Counted from the first letter of the stretch, positions 39,648 through 50,660 are shown. The stretch is DNA of 64,000 bases from an uncultured Gemmatimonadaceae bacterium (GCA_963761305.1 CAVXGK010000001.1:416001-480000); one strand, 5' to 3'. Numbers and translations are program-made. Notes: generated from the sequence alone by a model not told the origin.

Positions 39648-40337
39648 TCACGCCGTAGCCACTCCACGAAACACGGCGTCGTACTCGGCCAAATGACGGT
39701 CGAGGTGGCGCCGGCGGTATTGCATGATCGACCGCGGATGCTCGACGCACCGCACTTCGCGGAAGAACTCGTGGCGAGCGTTGAGCTCTTCCATCACGCG
39801 AAAATTCTTGCCCTTGCCGATTACTATCGCGCGATCGGTGCGCCCGCCAATCGCGATCTGCCGCCGGATCGACGCCACGATGAACGGCTCCGTCGCGCGC
39901 ACGAGGGCCGGCACGTCGTAGTAGTTGAGGTTCACGCCGCCGCGCGTGAAGCCGAGCGGGCACATGGCGGTGAGAAAGAAGCGGCGATAGAACTCGCGCA
40001 CGCCGAACGAGCGGTTGATGAAGTCGTAGATGAAGATCGACGACAGCTCCCGTTTGCGCTGCAAGTCGTTGGCGACGCCGCAGAAGTCGGCGAGCGCCAC
40101 GGGGTCGGTGAAGGTGATGCCGGTGATGCCGGCGCCGAAGCGGCCGGGATTGATCCCGAAGACGAGCGTACGCGGATGGTTGTCGGCGAAGTAGTCGTCG
40201 AGGAAGGCGCGGACGTACGCCATCACTCGCTGATTCTTGTAGGGATTCATCACGACGACGCCGCGCGGCACCTTCGGCGCGTCGAGATCGCGATAGAAGC
40301 GCAGCGCGCGCGACGCGAACGTCGTGGCGCTTTTCAT
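39648..40337 (-). CDS. Uracil-DNA glycosylase superfamily (SMUG2/DUF4918-like)
   Basis: GINPGRFGAG.TGI.FTDP, ELSS.F, PLGF, EHPR. Confidence 0.85.
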   Translation of the reverse strand: MKSATTFASRALRFYRDLDAPKVPRGVVVMNPYKNQRVMAYVRAFLDDYFADNHPRTLVFGINPGRFGAGITGITFTDPVALADFCGVANDLQRKRELSSIFIYDFINRSFGVREFYRRFFLTAMCPLGFTRGGVNLNYYDVPALVRATEPFIVASIRRQIAIGGRTDRAIVIGKGKNFRVMEELNARHEFFREVRCVEHPRSIMQYRRRHLDRHLAEYDAVFRGVATA

Positions 40338-41431
40338 CCCGCGCTGAGTCGCTTGGCCAATCGGTCGCGCAAAATCCGGAAAAACGTCTGCAGGTCGGCG
40401 AACGTCACGTGCGGATCGTTGTTGTAGTCGACGAGTGGGGCGTCGTAGTGCTTCTTGGCGAGTGAATCGACGAGCTGCCGTGCTTCGCGCATCGCCGGCC
40501 CCGTTTTGTTCCATTCGCCGATCATTTCCTCCGACGCGCGCTTGAATGCACAGAAGATGCCGACGGTTTTCTGATCTGCAGGGCACTTCTGGCCGTCCGC
40601 CTTGTTCCATTTGTCGGGAGCGCCGAGGATGTCGCGGGCTCGATCAACGATCTGGATATCGACGGCCGTGAGCGGATCCGGCACCGGCGGACACACGGGC
40701 AGCGGCGGAAGCGGCTTGTCCGGACCGCCGGTCATTCTCGACAACGCCTCGGCGAAGATCGAACGGACGTCGGAGAGTTTCGTCGTCGAGTCGTTGTTGT
40801 AGCCCATCAGCCGGTGCTCGTAGTTGCGTCCGACCGTTCGCCCCTCGATCACGACGCGGACGGTTTCCATGGCGGGGCGACGATGGTGAGCGCCGCACGC
40901 CGCCAGCTCGGAGGCTCTCTGCAGGGCGCAGTAGATGCTCCACGTCTCCTCCGACGCGGGACATCGCCGGTTGTCGGCGCGGTTCCACACGTCCACCGAC
41001 GACAGCAATGCGTCCGCGCGGCGCACGATCTCTCGATCGAGGTCGTTGGGCGGAACCGTCGCTGAGGTGTCGACGTCGAACGCGAGCAAGGTTGGCGTGG
41101 CGCGATACGCGCTCACGGCGTACCAACCATCCGCGGTGCGGAGAACGCCTGTCGCGGACGGCGCATATGACTCCAACTCGACGTCGCGGGTCGAGCTGTC
41201 TTCGCCAGTGATGTTGCCAGCCCATACCGCCGTCGGATCAGCGTCTTTGCGCCAGCGCCCACTGGTGATCGCCTTCGTCGGTTTGAGACGGAGCTTGGAC
41301 GGCTGGCCGAGCAAGCGGCAGGATCCTTCCCACCGGTGGACGAGCTTGTTTGCCTCGTGAAGCTCGCAGTGGGCCGGGGGCGCCGATGCGCTCACGGCCA
41401 CGAGGACGACCATCATGGCACTGGCTAGCAT
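40334..41431 (-). CDS. Secreted protein with two tandem DUF6197-like domains
   Basis: Internal duplication WN(R/K)AD..CP...IxCA..RA...PAM...R...L..YNND. Confidence 0.7.
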   Translation of the reverse strand: MLASAMMVVLVAVSASAPPAHCELHEANKLVHRWEGSCRLLGQPSKLRLKPTKAITSGRWRKDADPTAVWAGNITGEDSSTRDVELESYAPSATGVLRTADGWYAVSAYRATPTLLAFDVDTSATVPPNDLDREIVRRADALLSSVDVWNRADNRRCPASEETWSIYCALQRASELAACGAHHRRPAMETVRVVIEGRTVGRNYEHRLMGYNNDSTTKLSDVRSIFAEALSRMTGGPDKPLPPLPVCPPVPDPLTAVDIQIVDRARDILGAPDKWNKADGQKCPADQKTVGIFCAFKRASEEMIGEWNKTGPAMREARQLVDSLAKKHYDAPLVDYNNDPHVTFADLQTFFRILRDRLAKRLSAG

Positions 41432-41732
41432 GTTGACTCGCAGGGAGATAGTCCGAGTACCAGAGACACGCTAGTCGGCCAGTTCGTTCGCCCCCCCGCC
41501 GATCACGCGTCCGAAATCGCCAGCAAGAGTCCGGCGATTTGGGCGGCGCCGGAGATCAACTCGATCAACGTAATTCTCTCGTTCGACGTCGTGAACGGGA
41601 AGACCAGCGGGTCTACGGAGACTGCGCGGGATCGCCGTACGGAACTGCGGCCAAACGGCTAGTCGTGGTCGCGACGAAAGCGGTTTGACGCGGCGGCGTT
41701 GACTCGGACGGGCGCAGGTTCGAAGTTGGCGC

Positions 41733-42167
41733 GTGCCCGCCGAGCTTACGTTTCGCTTCCTGATCGACGGCCCGCCCGCGTCGCATGACTTCGTCGACGC
41801 AACGGTGGGTGTGTCGTGCCGAGGATTTGCCGGCGCGTCGCGGTTCACGATCGCCCGCCGCGACCTCGCCGCGTTTTCACGCGACGTGACCGCGCTAGCG
41901 CAGGGCGACGCCGACATCGCGCAGCTCCTCGGCGGCTGGGACGCGGCCGCCGAGCGCTTGCGGTTGCGCGTGATGCGTGCGGGGACGACGGGATCGTTCG
42001 CGGTGAGCATCCGCATCGCGAACACCGGACCGCGCGGCGATCAGTGGGATCGCGTCGAGACGCAGTTCATCTGCGCGGGCGACGCGCTGGCGTCGTTCGC
42101 CGACACTCTCGCGTCCGGCGAACACACCTCCGTCCAGCTACTCGGTGACGCTGAATCGGCGGCGTGA
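41733..42167 (+). CDS. Hypothetical protein
   Basis: Fills the gap between genes with plausible composition. Confidence 0.5.
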   Translation: MPAELTFRFLIDGPPASHDFVDATVGVSCRGFAGASRFTIARRDLAAFSRDVTALAQGDADIAQLLGGWDAAAERLRLRVMRAGTTGSFAVSIRIANTGPRGDQWDRVETQFICAGDALASFADTLASGEHTSVQLLGDAESAA

Positions 42168-42196
42168 CGCCGAGTCGCTCCGCGTTCACGACACGT

Positions 42197-42940
42197 TCAC
42201 GACACGAGCGTTTTCTCGAACAGATTCAACAGCGTGCGCCAGTGCCGCTCGGTCTGCGCTTGGTCGTGCACGGGCGTGTCGGCCGGCACCCAGCCGTGTC
42301 GCGCCGGATACGTCTCGACGACATGATCGACGCCCGCGTCGGTGAGCGCTTGGCCCAGGCGTTCCTTCTGCGCGTCGTCGAACCCCGTGTCCTCGATCGC
42401 GCCGGCAACGTACACCCGCGCCTTCATGTCCGGAGCCAGAAGGTGCGGGCTGTTCGGATCGTCGTTGGCAAGACCGCTGGCGTGATACGACGCCGCCGCG
42501 GCGATCGAACCGGGGAACGTCCCGGCCGCGGCGAGTGACAGACGGCCGCCCATGCAGTATCCCGTGGTCCCGATCTTCGCGTCGCGCACTTTGGGATGGC
42601 TCGACAGATGCGCAAGGAACGCCTTCGTATCGCGCATGATGTTCGGAATGCTGGCCGCCGGCAGGACGCGAGTCATCAAGTCCTTTCGCATGTCGGGATC
42701 CGAAAAGAGCAGCCTCGGATCGACCGGCGTGAAGTCCACGCGATAGAACAGGTTCGGCAGCAGCACGACATATCCCGCGTCGGCGAGTGTCTGCGCCATG
42801 TCGAACATCGCCGGCCGATACCCGATGCCGTCCATGTACATCAACACGCCCGGCCACGGCCCCGCGCCCGCCGACGGCTCGAACACGCTCGCCGGACAAC
42901 TCCCGTCTTCGGTCTCGATCTGAACTTCACGCCTGTTCAT
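42197..42940 (-). CDS. Dienelactone hydrolase family
   Basis: GYCMGG nucleophile, ED, HGW. Confidence 0.92.
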   Translation of the reverse strand: MNRREVQIETEDGSCPASVFEPSAGAGPWPGVLMYMDGIGYRPAMFDMAQTLADAGYVVLLPNLFYRVDFTPVDPRLLFSDPDMRKDLMTRVLPAASIPNIMRDTKAFLAHLSSHPKVRDAKIGTTGYCMGGRLSLAAAGTFPGSIAAAASYHASGLANDDPNSPHLLAPDMKARVYVAGAIEDTGFDDAQKERLGQALTDAGVDHVVETYPARHGWVPADTPVHDQAQTERHWRTLLNLFEKTLVS

Positions 42941-42984
42941 CTAGGATTCCTCGTCGTTGTCGTTCCGGTCCACTGGGCCACTCG

Positions 42985-44595
42985 TCATTCCACCATCACT
43001 TCCACCTCACCCGCTGGCGTCCCGCGTCGCAACAGAATTACGAGCGGCAATCCCATCACGAACAGCGCGGTGACCAGCAGGAACACATGGTTGTACGCGA
43101 GCACCGCCGCCTGACGACCGATCAAACCGTCCATGAGATGTATCGCTTGCTGCGTCGCCGTGTAGTGGTCGGCCCCTTTGCTCTGCATCGCGCTCGTGAG
43201 ACCGTGCATCCACGCAGCCCCCATCTTCGACGCGCCGGCGTCCTCGGAGAGCATCGCGTGATAGCGCACCGTGCTCGTGTTGAGCGTCGTCGCCGCGATG
43301 GCGATGCCGACGCTTCCCATCACCTGACGCACGACGTTGTATAGTCCCGCCGCCGCGGTCATTCGCGCGTTCGGGATCGTCGACAGCGCCGCGGTGCTCA
43401 GCGCGACGAAGACGAGACTGAATCCGACCCCCTGCCACACTTGCGGCCAGAAAAGATCCCAATAGCCGACCTGCGTCGTGAGCTTCGCCATGCCGTGAAA
43501 TCCGAAAGCCGCCACGACCAGTCCACTCCCGACGAGTATGCGAGGTCCGAGACGATTGTAGAATCGACCGCCGATCGGCATCAACACGGCCATCGCCAGA
43601 CTGCGCGGCATCAGGGTGAATCCCGATTGCATCGCGTTGTATCCCAGGAGCCGCTGTAGAAACACCGGCAGCAGAAACAAGCTCCCGTTGAGCGCCAGAC
43701 CGAGCACTCCGCCGATGGCCGTGGCCGAGCTGAACGAGAGGTTGGCGAGGATGCGGAGGTTGACCGCCGGTTTTTCCACCGTGAGTTCGCGCCAGAGAAA
43801 CAGAATCATCCCGAACGTGGCGATCAGCGCCAGCCGAATGACGTAACCGGATTGAAACCAGTCGTGTCGTTCTCCTTCCTCGAGCAGCAGTTGCAGCGAG
43901 CCGAGCCCGACGACGAGCAGCCCGAGCCCCGGCCAATCGATGTACCCCTTTTCCCGCACGAGGTACGGCGGGTCCTCGATGTATCGCGACAGCAGAATCA
44001 ACGTGACGACGCCGACCGGCACGTTGATGTAGAAGATCCATGGCCACGAATATTGGTCCGTAATCCAACCGCCGAGCGTCGGGCCGAACGCGGGCGCGAG
44101 CACGGCGCCGAGTCCGTAGAGGCCCATCGCCATGCCCTGCTCTTCCGCCGGAAAGCTCTCGCGAAGAATCGCCTGTGAGACGGTCAGTAGCACGCCACCG
44201 CCGAATCCCTGCACGATGCGAAAGACGATCATCGTCGGCAGCGTCCGCGCGAGACCGCAGGCCATGGAGGCGAGCGTGAAAATGACGACGCTCGCCATGT
44301 AGAAGTTCTTGCGGCCAAAGCGCGACGAGAGCAATCCGGTGATCGGCATGACGATCACCTGCGCGAGGATGTACGCGGTGACGACCCACGTGATCTCCTC
44401 GATCGTCGCGCCGAGGTTGCCGGACATGTCCGGCAGCGCGACGTTGACGATGCTCGAATCGAGAACCGCCATGATCGTGGCGGTGAGGACGGCGCCCGCG
44501 ATGACCCATTTGTGCGGTGGAACGCGTGCCCCTTCGTCGCGCACGGCGCGCGGGCGCGTGTAGGCGCCGACGACGGGCCGAGATGCGGTGGTCAT
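42985..44595 (-). CDS. DHA2 (EmrB/QacA) MFS efflux permease
   Basis: LDSSIVNVALP, WVVTAY, GPTLGGWITD..SWPWIFYINVP; 14-TM pattern. Confidence 0.93.
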   Translation of the reverse strand: MTTASRPVVGAYTRPRAVRDEGARVPPHKWVIAGAVLTATIMAVLDSSIVNVALPDMSGNLGATIEEITWVVTAYILAQVIVMPITGLLSSRFGRKNFYMASVVIFTLASMACGLARTLPTMIVFRIVQGFGGGVLLTVSQAILRESFPAEEQGMAMGLYGLGAVLAPAFGPTLGGWITDQYSWPWIFYINVPVGVVTLILLSRYIEDPPYLVREKGYIDWPGLGLLVVGLGSLQLLLEEGERHDWFQSGYVIRLALIATFGMILFLWRELTVEKPAVNLRILANLSFSSATAIGGVLGLALNGSLFLLPVFLQRLLGYNAMQSGFTLMPRSLAMAVLMPIGGRFYNRLGPRILVGSGLVVAAFGFHGMAKLTTQVGYWDLFWPQVWQGVGFSLVFVALSTAALSTIPNARMTAAAGLYNVVRQVMGSVGIAIAATTLNTSTVRYHAMLSEDAGASKMGAAWMHGLTSAMQSKGADHYTATQQAIHLMDGLIGRQAAVLAYNHVFLLVTALFVMGLPLVILLRRGTPAGEVEVMVE

Positions 44596-45260
44596 CGGCG
44601 CTCCGTGGGGCCGCGTGCCGGTTTGGCGGGTCGGAGGCTGGCGATCAGCATGTCCACGGCCGCGTCGATCAGTCGCTCACGGTCGATCGCCACACCGGGC
44701 ACCGATTCGGCGTAACGCTGCCACGCGAACTGCGCGAGCACCCCAACCAGCGCCACGCGCGCTGTGACTTCGGCGTCCGCATCTCGGCGAAACTCACCGC
44801 TCTCCTGCCCTTCGACGATGAGCGACTCGACGACATTCCACCACCGCATTGGACCGGTGGCGACCCAGCGGCGATAGACCTCGGGCGCTTCGTGCGCGAT
44901 CGAGTGCAGGAGCAGGAGCACGTCGCGCCGCACGGAATCGTCGCCGCCGAACGCGCTGTGAAAGAGCACGCGCAGCCGCGCCGACGACGACCCGTGCTCG
45001 TTCTCGAGCGCCGCCTCGAGCCGTCCGAACGCGCGGAGCTGGTGATGCTCGAGCGCGCTCGACAAAAGATCTTCCTTGTTCGTGAAGTAGTGATAGACCG
45101 CGCCCTTGGTCACCCCGGCCGCCGCCGCGACTTCTTCGATGCTGGCGTTGCGGTACCCGCGCGCCGCGAAGACGCGGAGTGCGGCATCGAGCAGCTCGCC
45201 GGGTCGTTCAGCGGGGCGGCGTTCCCAACGGATGTGCTTGGTCTTGGTACCGGGCATCAA
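44592..45260 (-). CDS. TetR/AcrR regulator
   Basis: LLDAALRVFA.RGY...SIEEVA..AGVTKGAVYHYF. Confidence 0.93.
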   Translation of the reverse strand: MMPGTKTKHIRWERRPAERPGELLDAALRVFAARGYRNASIEEVAAAAGVTKGAVYHYFTNKEDLLSSALEHHQLRAFGRLEAALENEHGSSSARLRVLFHSAFGGDDSVRRDVLLLLHSIAHEAPEVYRRWVATGPMRWWNVVESLIVEGQESGEFRRDADAEVTARVALVGVLAQFAWQRYAESVPGVAIDRERLIDAAVDMLIASLRPAKPARGPTERR

Positions 45261-45289
45261 ACGGTGACTTTAAGGGCTCGCCAAGTAAT

Positions 45290-45303
45290 ATACTCGCCAG
45301 TAT
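45290..45303. promoter_or_regulatory. Probable TetR operator
   Basis: Palindrome ATACT-CGCC-AGTAT 30 bp upstream of tetR. Confidence 0.6.
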
Positions 45304-45504
45304 GTAATTCCGCGACGAGCGAACCTGGCTCCCTTTTCGAGTCCGACTTCTACCTCTCAGCCCTCGAAGTCGGTGGCGCGTATCCAATCGGGTCGCGAAA
45401 CGCAACCCCTTCTCACCACGACAAATCCAGCGTCGGCGCTAGGCTAATCGCGGCCCACGTGATAAGCTTGGCGCCACCCACTCATATGAAGAGGGTTCGC
45501 CCAG

Positions 45505-46809
45505 GTGACTGAGGCAGCACGGGTCGTCCAACGCGAAGTCCGCTATGCCCCGCCGGAGAAACAACCCTCCGTCAAATCGGGTCGCTGGTGGCAGTTGACG
45601 CTTGGAATCATTTGCATGTCAATGATCGCCAACCTGCAGTACGGTTGGACGCTCTTCGTCAATCCGATCCACGACAAACACGGGTGGAGCATTTCCGAGA
45701 TCCAATTCGCGTTCTCGGTATTCGTCGTCGTTGAGACCTGGCTCGTGCCCTTCGAGGGTTACCTCGTCGACAAGATCGGCCCCAAGATGGTGGGTGTTGT
45801 CGCCGGGGTGATGGTCGCGCTGGCGTGGGTGATCAACGCCTACGCCACTTCTCTCGGGATGCTGTATCTCGGTGCGGCCGTCGGCGGCGTCGGCGCAGGC
45901 GCGGTCTACGGCGCGTGCGTCGGCAACGCGCTCAAGTGGTTCCCGGACCGGCGCGGGTTGGCGTCCGGTCTCACCGCGATGGGCTTCGGTGCCGGCTCGG
46001 CGCTGACGGTCTTTCCGATCGCCAACATGATCAAGTCGGAAGGCTACGAGGCGACCTTCTTCAAGTTCGGCATCGCGCAGGGCGTTGTCGTGTTCTTGGT
46101 GAGCTGGTTCCTCAAGTCGCCCGACGCGGCGACCCAGGCGTCGCTCCCGGCGGCGCCGAGTACCGGAAAGTTCAAGGCGGCCGCGCGCGAATTCACGCCG
46201 ATGGAAACGCTTCGCACCCCGGTGTTCTGGGTGCTGTACCTGATGTTCATGCTCACGGCGACGGGCGGATTGATCTGGACTGCGCAACTCGCGCCGATCG
46301 CCAGAGACATGGGCGTCGACAAAGCGCCGGTCGCGCTCATGGGTATCACGCTCGCCGCGCTGCCGTTCGCGCTGGCGATGAACCGCGTGCTCAACGGCGT
46401 GAGCCGACCGTTCTTCGGCTGGATGTCCGATCACCTCGGCCGCGAACGCACGATGTTCATGGCGTTCGCGCTCGAGGCCGTGTTCATCGTGCTTCTCAGC
46501 CCGTTCGGTTCGAACCCCGTGCTGTTCGTGATTCTGAGCGGGCTCGTCTTCTTCGCGTACGGCGAGATCTACAGTCTCTTTCCGGCGATCTGCGGCGACA
46601 TCTACGGCCGCACGTTCGCGTCGGCGAACGCGGGTCTCCTCTACACGGCCAAGGGTGCGGCGTCGCTGCTCGTGTTCGTGGCGAGCATCGTCGCCGCGCG
46701 CATGGGCGACTGGCACATCGTGTTCATCGCGTGCGGCGTCATGAACCTCGTCGCGGCGATCCTCGCGGGTGGCGTTCTCAAACGCCTCCGCGAACGCACC
46801 ATCAAGTGA
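45505..46809 (+). CDS. oxlT: Oxalate/formate antiporter family MFS transporter
   Basis: MIANLQYGWTLFV, GNALKWFPDRRGLA, NGVSRPFFGW.SD, GEIYSLFP, LYTAKG. Confidence 0.9.
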   Translation: MTEAARVVQREVRYAPPEKQPSVKSGRWWQLTLGIICMSMIANLQYGWTLFVNPIHDKHGWSISEIQFAFSVFVVVETWLVPFEGYLVDKIGPKMVGVVAGVMVALAWVINAYATSLGMLYLGAAVGGVGAGAVYGACVGNALKWFPDRRGLASGLTAMGFGAGSALTVFPIANMIKSEGYEATFFKFGIAQGVVVFLVSWFLKSPDAATQASLPAAPSTGKFKAAAREFTPMETLRTPVFWVLYLMFMLTATGGLIWTAQLAPIARDMGVDKAPVALMGITLAALPFALAMNRVLNGVSRPFFGWMSDHLGRERTMFMAFALEAVFIVLLSPFGSNPVLFVILSGLVFFAYGEIYSLFPAICGDIYGRTFASANAGLLYTAKGAASLLVFVASIVAARMGDWHIVFIACGVMNLVAAILAGGVLKRLRERTIK

Positions 46810-46828
46810 GCTCGCGAGGCACGCGCAC

Positions 46829-47836
46829 GTGAAGATCGCGGTCGTCGGCGCCGGAGCAATCGGCGGATACGTGGGCGGATGGCTCGCCGCGGCCGGCGAG
46901 GACGTGACCTTCATCGCGCGCGGCGCCAATCTCGACGCGATTCGCAAGTGCGGCATGCGCGTCATCGGCGAAGACGGACTCGAAATCGTCGCCAGCACGG
47001 TCGCCGCGCATCAAAGAACAGCCGACGCCGGTGTGCAGGATCTCGTCATCCTCGCCGTGAAGGCGCATCAAGTCGCGGCCATCGCCGGCGATCTCTACGC
47101 GCTCTGCGGTGACGACACGACGATCCTCACGATGCAGAATGGGATTCCGTGGTGGTACTTCCACAAACAGGGCGGACCGTTCGAGGGCCGTCCCGTGAAC
47201 TCCGCCGATCCCGACGGCTCGATCGGCCAGACGATCAACCCCGGTCGCGTCGTCGGCTCGATCGTCTACCCAGCCGCGGTGCTCCAGTCGCCCGGCGTTG
47301 TGCGCGTCGTCGAAGGCAAGCGCTTCACACTCGGCGAGCCCGACGGATCGACGTCCGACCGCGCGCTCGCGATCTCCGCCGCGTTCACGCGCGCCGGCTT
47401 CAAGGCGCCGATCACGAGCGACATCCGCGGCGAGATCTGGCTCAAGGTGTGGGGCAACCTGAGCTTCAATCCGATCAGCGCGCTGTCGCACGCGACGCTC
47501 ATCGATCTGCTCCAGTTTCCGCTCACGCGCCAACTGAGCATCGACATGATGCGCGAGGCGGAGACGATCGCCAACAAACTCGGCGTCACGCTGCGCGTGA
47601 GCATCGACAAGCGGATCGCCGGCGCCGAAAAAGTCGGCGCGCACAAGACGTCGATGTTGCAGGACGTGGAGGCCGGCCGCGCGCTCGAGCTCGAGGCGCT
47701 GGTCGGTGCGATCGTCGAGCTCGGCCGTCTCACCGACACGCCGACGCCGCACATCGACGCCGTATACGCGTGCGCGAGCCTGCTCGGCAAGACATTGTCG
47801 GACCAGCGCGGACGTCTTGCCGTCGCTAGGATGTGA
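46829..47836 (+). CDS. Ketopantoate-reductase-like protein (PanE2-type; probable oxalyl-CoA reductase)
   Basis: GAGAIGG, MQNGIPWWYF, W.KVWGNLSFNPISAL, HKTSMLQD; operon context. Confidence 0.8.
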   Translation: MKIAVVGAGAIGGYVGGWLAAAGEDVTFIARGANLDAIRKCGMRVIGEDGLEIVASTVAAHQRTADAGVQDLVILAVKAHQVAAIAGDLYALCGDDTTILTMQNGIPWWYFHKQGGPFEGRPVNSADPDGSIGQTINPGRVVGSIVYPAAVLQSPGVVRVVEGKRFTLGEPDGSTSDRALAISAAFTRAGFKAPITSDIRGEIWLKVWGNLSFNPISALSHATLIDLLQFPLTRQLSIDMMREAETIANKLGVTLRVSIDKRIAGAEKVGAHKTSMLQDVEAGRALELEALVGAIVELGRLTDTPTPHIDAVYACASLLGKTLSDQRGRLAVARM

Positions 47837-47870
47837 AAGAGTCGAGTCACAACGAGGGAGTGAAAGAGGA

Positions 47871-49416
47871 ATGAGTTCGACGATTCAGGATCTATTGAAG
47901 GCTGGCCGTGACGACGCGACGGCGCTGAGCTCGCCGGGTGGAGTGCCGCTGACGTATCGCGCGCTGCGCGCGCACGTCGCCGAGATCGGCCGAGCGCTGA
48001 ATGCGCACGGCATCGGCGCCGGCGATCGCGTCGCCATCGTGCTCGACAACGGGCCGGAGATGGCCGCCGCGTTTCTGAGCATCGGCTCGGCCGCGACCGC
48101 GGCGCCGCTCAACCCGACCTACCGCGCGGAGGAATTCGAGTTCTACCTCACGGATCTCAACGCCAAGCTGTTGATCGTGGCCGAGGGCAAGGACTCGCCG
48201 GCGGTTGGCGTGGCGGAGAAGCTGGGCGTTCCGATCGCGCGACTCGTGCCCCAGCCGGAGAAAGGCGCCGGCACATTTTCGCTTGAATTTGAGGACGCCG
48301 CGCCCCGCAGACCGCACTCGTCCCAGGTCTCCGCACCCCGCACCCCGCGCTCCGCCACTCCGGACGACATCGCGTTGGTTCTGCATACGTCGGGCACGAC
48401 CTCTCGTCCGAAAATCGTACCGCTCGCGCACAAGAACATCGCGGCCTCGGCGTCGAACATTCGGAATACGCTCGCGCTGACGTCCGAAGATCGCGGCCTC
48501 GTCATCATGCCGCTCTTCCACATCCACGGCCTGATCGCCGCGCTTTCGGCGCCGCTCTCCGCCGGCGGCGAAGTCTGTTGCTCGCCCGGATTCAACGCGC
48601 TCAAATTTTTCTCGTGGTTCAGCGAGGTGCGGCCGACGTGGTACACCGGCGTGCCGACGATGCACCAGGCGATTCTCCTCCGCGCCGCGAACAATCCCGA
48701 TTCGCTGCGCGCGCCATCGCCTGCGTCTCATCCGTTCGTCGTCGTCCGCGCTACCACTGACCGTAATCGCCGAGTTGGAGCGGGTGTTCGCGGTGCCGGT
48801 GATCGAGGCGTATGGGATGACTGAAGCGACGCATCAGATGGCGAGCAATCCGCTGCCGCCGAACACGCGCAAGCCCGGCACGGTGGGTCCGTCGGGCGGC
48901 CCCGAGATTCGCGTCGTCGACACGACCGGCACGTCGGTGCCGCCCGGCACGCCGGGCGAGATCGTGATTCGCGGACCGAACGTCATGCGCGAGTACGAGA
49001 ACAATCCCAGGGCGAACGCCGACGCGTTTTATGACGGCTGGTTTCGCACCGGCGATCAGGGCGTGATGGACGAGGATGGGTACGTCGCCATCACCGGGCG
49101 CTTGAAGGAGATCATCAACCGCGGCGGTGAGAAGATTTCGCCGCGCGAGGTGGACGAGATCATCATGGAGCATCCCGCCGTGCACCAGTGCGTGACGTTC
49201 GCGATGCCGCACGAGATGCTCGGCGAAGAGGTGGCGGCGGCGATCGTGCTGAAGCAGGGGAAGGAAGCGACCGACCGCGAGCTGCGCGATTTCGCGTCGT
49301 CGCGGTTGGCGCCGTTCAAGGTGCCGAAGAAGATTCTCATTCTCACGGAGATTCCGGTGGGCGCAACGGGCAAGTTGCAGCGCATCGGTCTCGCACAGAA
49401 ACTGGGGTTGTCGTGA
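47871..49416 (+). pseudogene. Acyl-CoA synthetase, probable oxalate-CoA ligase; frameshift near 48708
   Basis: [45 protein letters not shown]; halves join with a one-base indel. Confidence 0.85.
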
Positions 49417-50600
49417 TGGCGACTGCACAGAAGACACAGGCGGCCGGCGCGGCCGGCGCGGCCAGCGCGCCGGCTCCTATAGATCCGCCTGAGCGCCTGC
49501 TCATGGGTCCGGGTCCGAGCAATCCGGATCCGCGCGTGCTCGAGGCGATGACCGCGAATCCCGTCGGCCATCTCGATCCATATTTCGTCAAGGTGATGGA
49601 CGAGACGATGGACGCGTTGCGCAAGGTCTATCGCACGACCAACCATCACACGATTCCGATTTCCGCCACCGGCTCGGCGGGCTTGGAGTCGATCACGCTC
49701 AACTTGCTCGAGCCGGGCGACGAGGCGATCGTCGTCGTCAACGGCTATTTCGGCGCGCGACTGGCCGAGATGGCGCGGCGCGCCGGAGCGAACGTGCGAG
49801 TGCTCGAGTCGCCGCCGGGCGAGGTCGCCGATCCCGCGGCGGTGGACAAGCTCCTGCGCGAGAAAGCGGCCAATCTCGTCGCCTTCGTTCACGTCGAGAC
49901 GACCACGGGCGCGCGCCAGCCGATCGAGCCGATGGTCGAAGTCGCGCGCAAGCACGGCGCACTCGTCGCCATGGATTGCGTGACGTCGCTCGGTGGTCTC
50001 CCGCTCGACATCGACACGCTCGGTGTGGATGCGGCAGGCAGCTGCAGCCAGAAATGCATCGGCGCACCGCCGGGACTCGCGCCGATCACCGTCGGCCCGC
50101 GCGCCATGGCCAAGGTCCGCGCGCGAAAGGCCAAGCCGCAGACCTGGTACTTCGACTACGCGTTGCTCTTTCAGTACTGGGGCGAGGAAAGCGCGTCGCG
50201 CACGCGCGCATTCCACCACACCGCGCCCATCGCGAGTATCTACGGCTTTCACGAAGCGCTGCGGATCGTTCTCGAGGAAGGACTCGACGCGCGCCACGCG
50301 CGGCACGAGTCGGCGCACGATGTGTTGGTGCGCGGCCTCGAGCGCCTCGGCCTGTCGCTCTTCACACCGGCCGCGAATCGCTGCGCGACGATCAACCTGG
50401 TTTCGGCCCCGGCTGGAATCGACGAAGCCAAGCTCCGTCGCCGGCTGCTCGACATGGGCGTCGAGATGGGCGGCGGCCTCGGCACACTGGCCGGCAAAGT
50501 GTGGCGTATCGGCGTGATGGGCTACAACGCGGTGCCGGCGCGCGTCGAGAAATTCCTGGGCGCGTTGGAAGAGGCGTTGCGCACGGAGGGTTGGAAATAG
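49416..50600 (+). CDS. Alanine/serine-glyoxylate aminotransferase (class V PLP)
   Basis: LLMGPGPS, VHVETTTG, SCSQKCIGAPPG, WRIGVMG; TGATG coupling. Confidence 0.92.
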   Translation: MATAQKTQAAGAAGAASAPAPIDPPERLLMGPGPSNPDPRVLEAMTANPVGHLDPYFVKVMDETMDALRKVYRTTNHHTIPISATGSAGLESITLNLLEPGDEAIVVVNGYFGARLAEMARRAGANVRVLESPPGEVADPAAVDKLLREKAANLVAFVHVETTTGARQPIEPMVEVARKHGALVAMDCVTSLGGLPLDIDTLGVDAAGSCSQKCIGAPPGLAPITVGPRAMAKVRARKAKPQTWYFDYALLFQYWGEESASRTRAFHHTAPIASIYGFHEALRIVLEEGLDARHARHESAHDVLVRGLERLGLSLFTPAANRCATINLVSAPAGIDEAKLRRRLLDMGVEMGGGLGTLAGKVWRIGVMGYNAVPARVEKFLGALEEALRTEGWK

Positions 50601-50660
50601 TCTGTACCGGGCGCGTGAAAACGGCGATGGAGATGTAGCGACGCGGGATGAGATTGGAGC

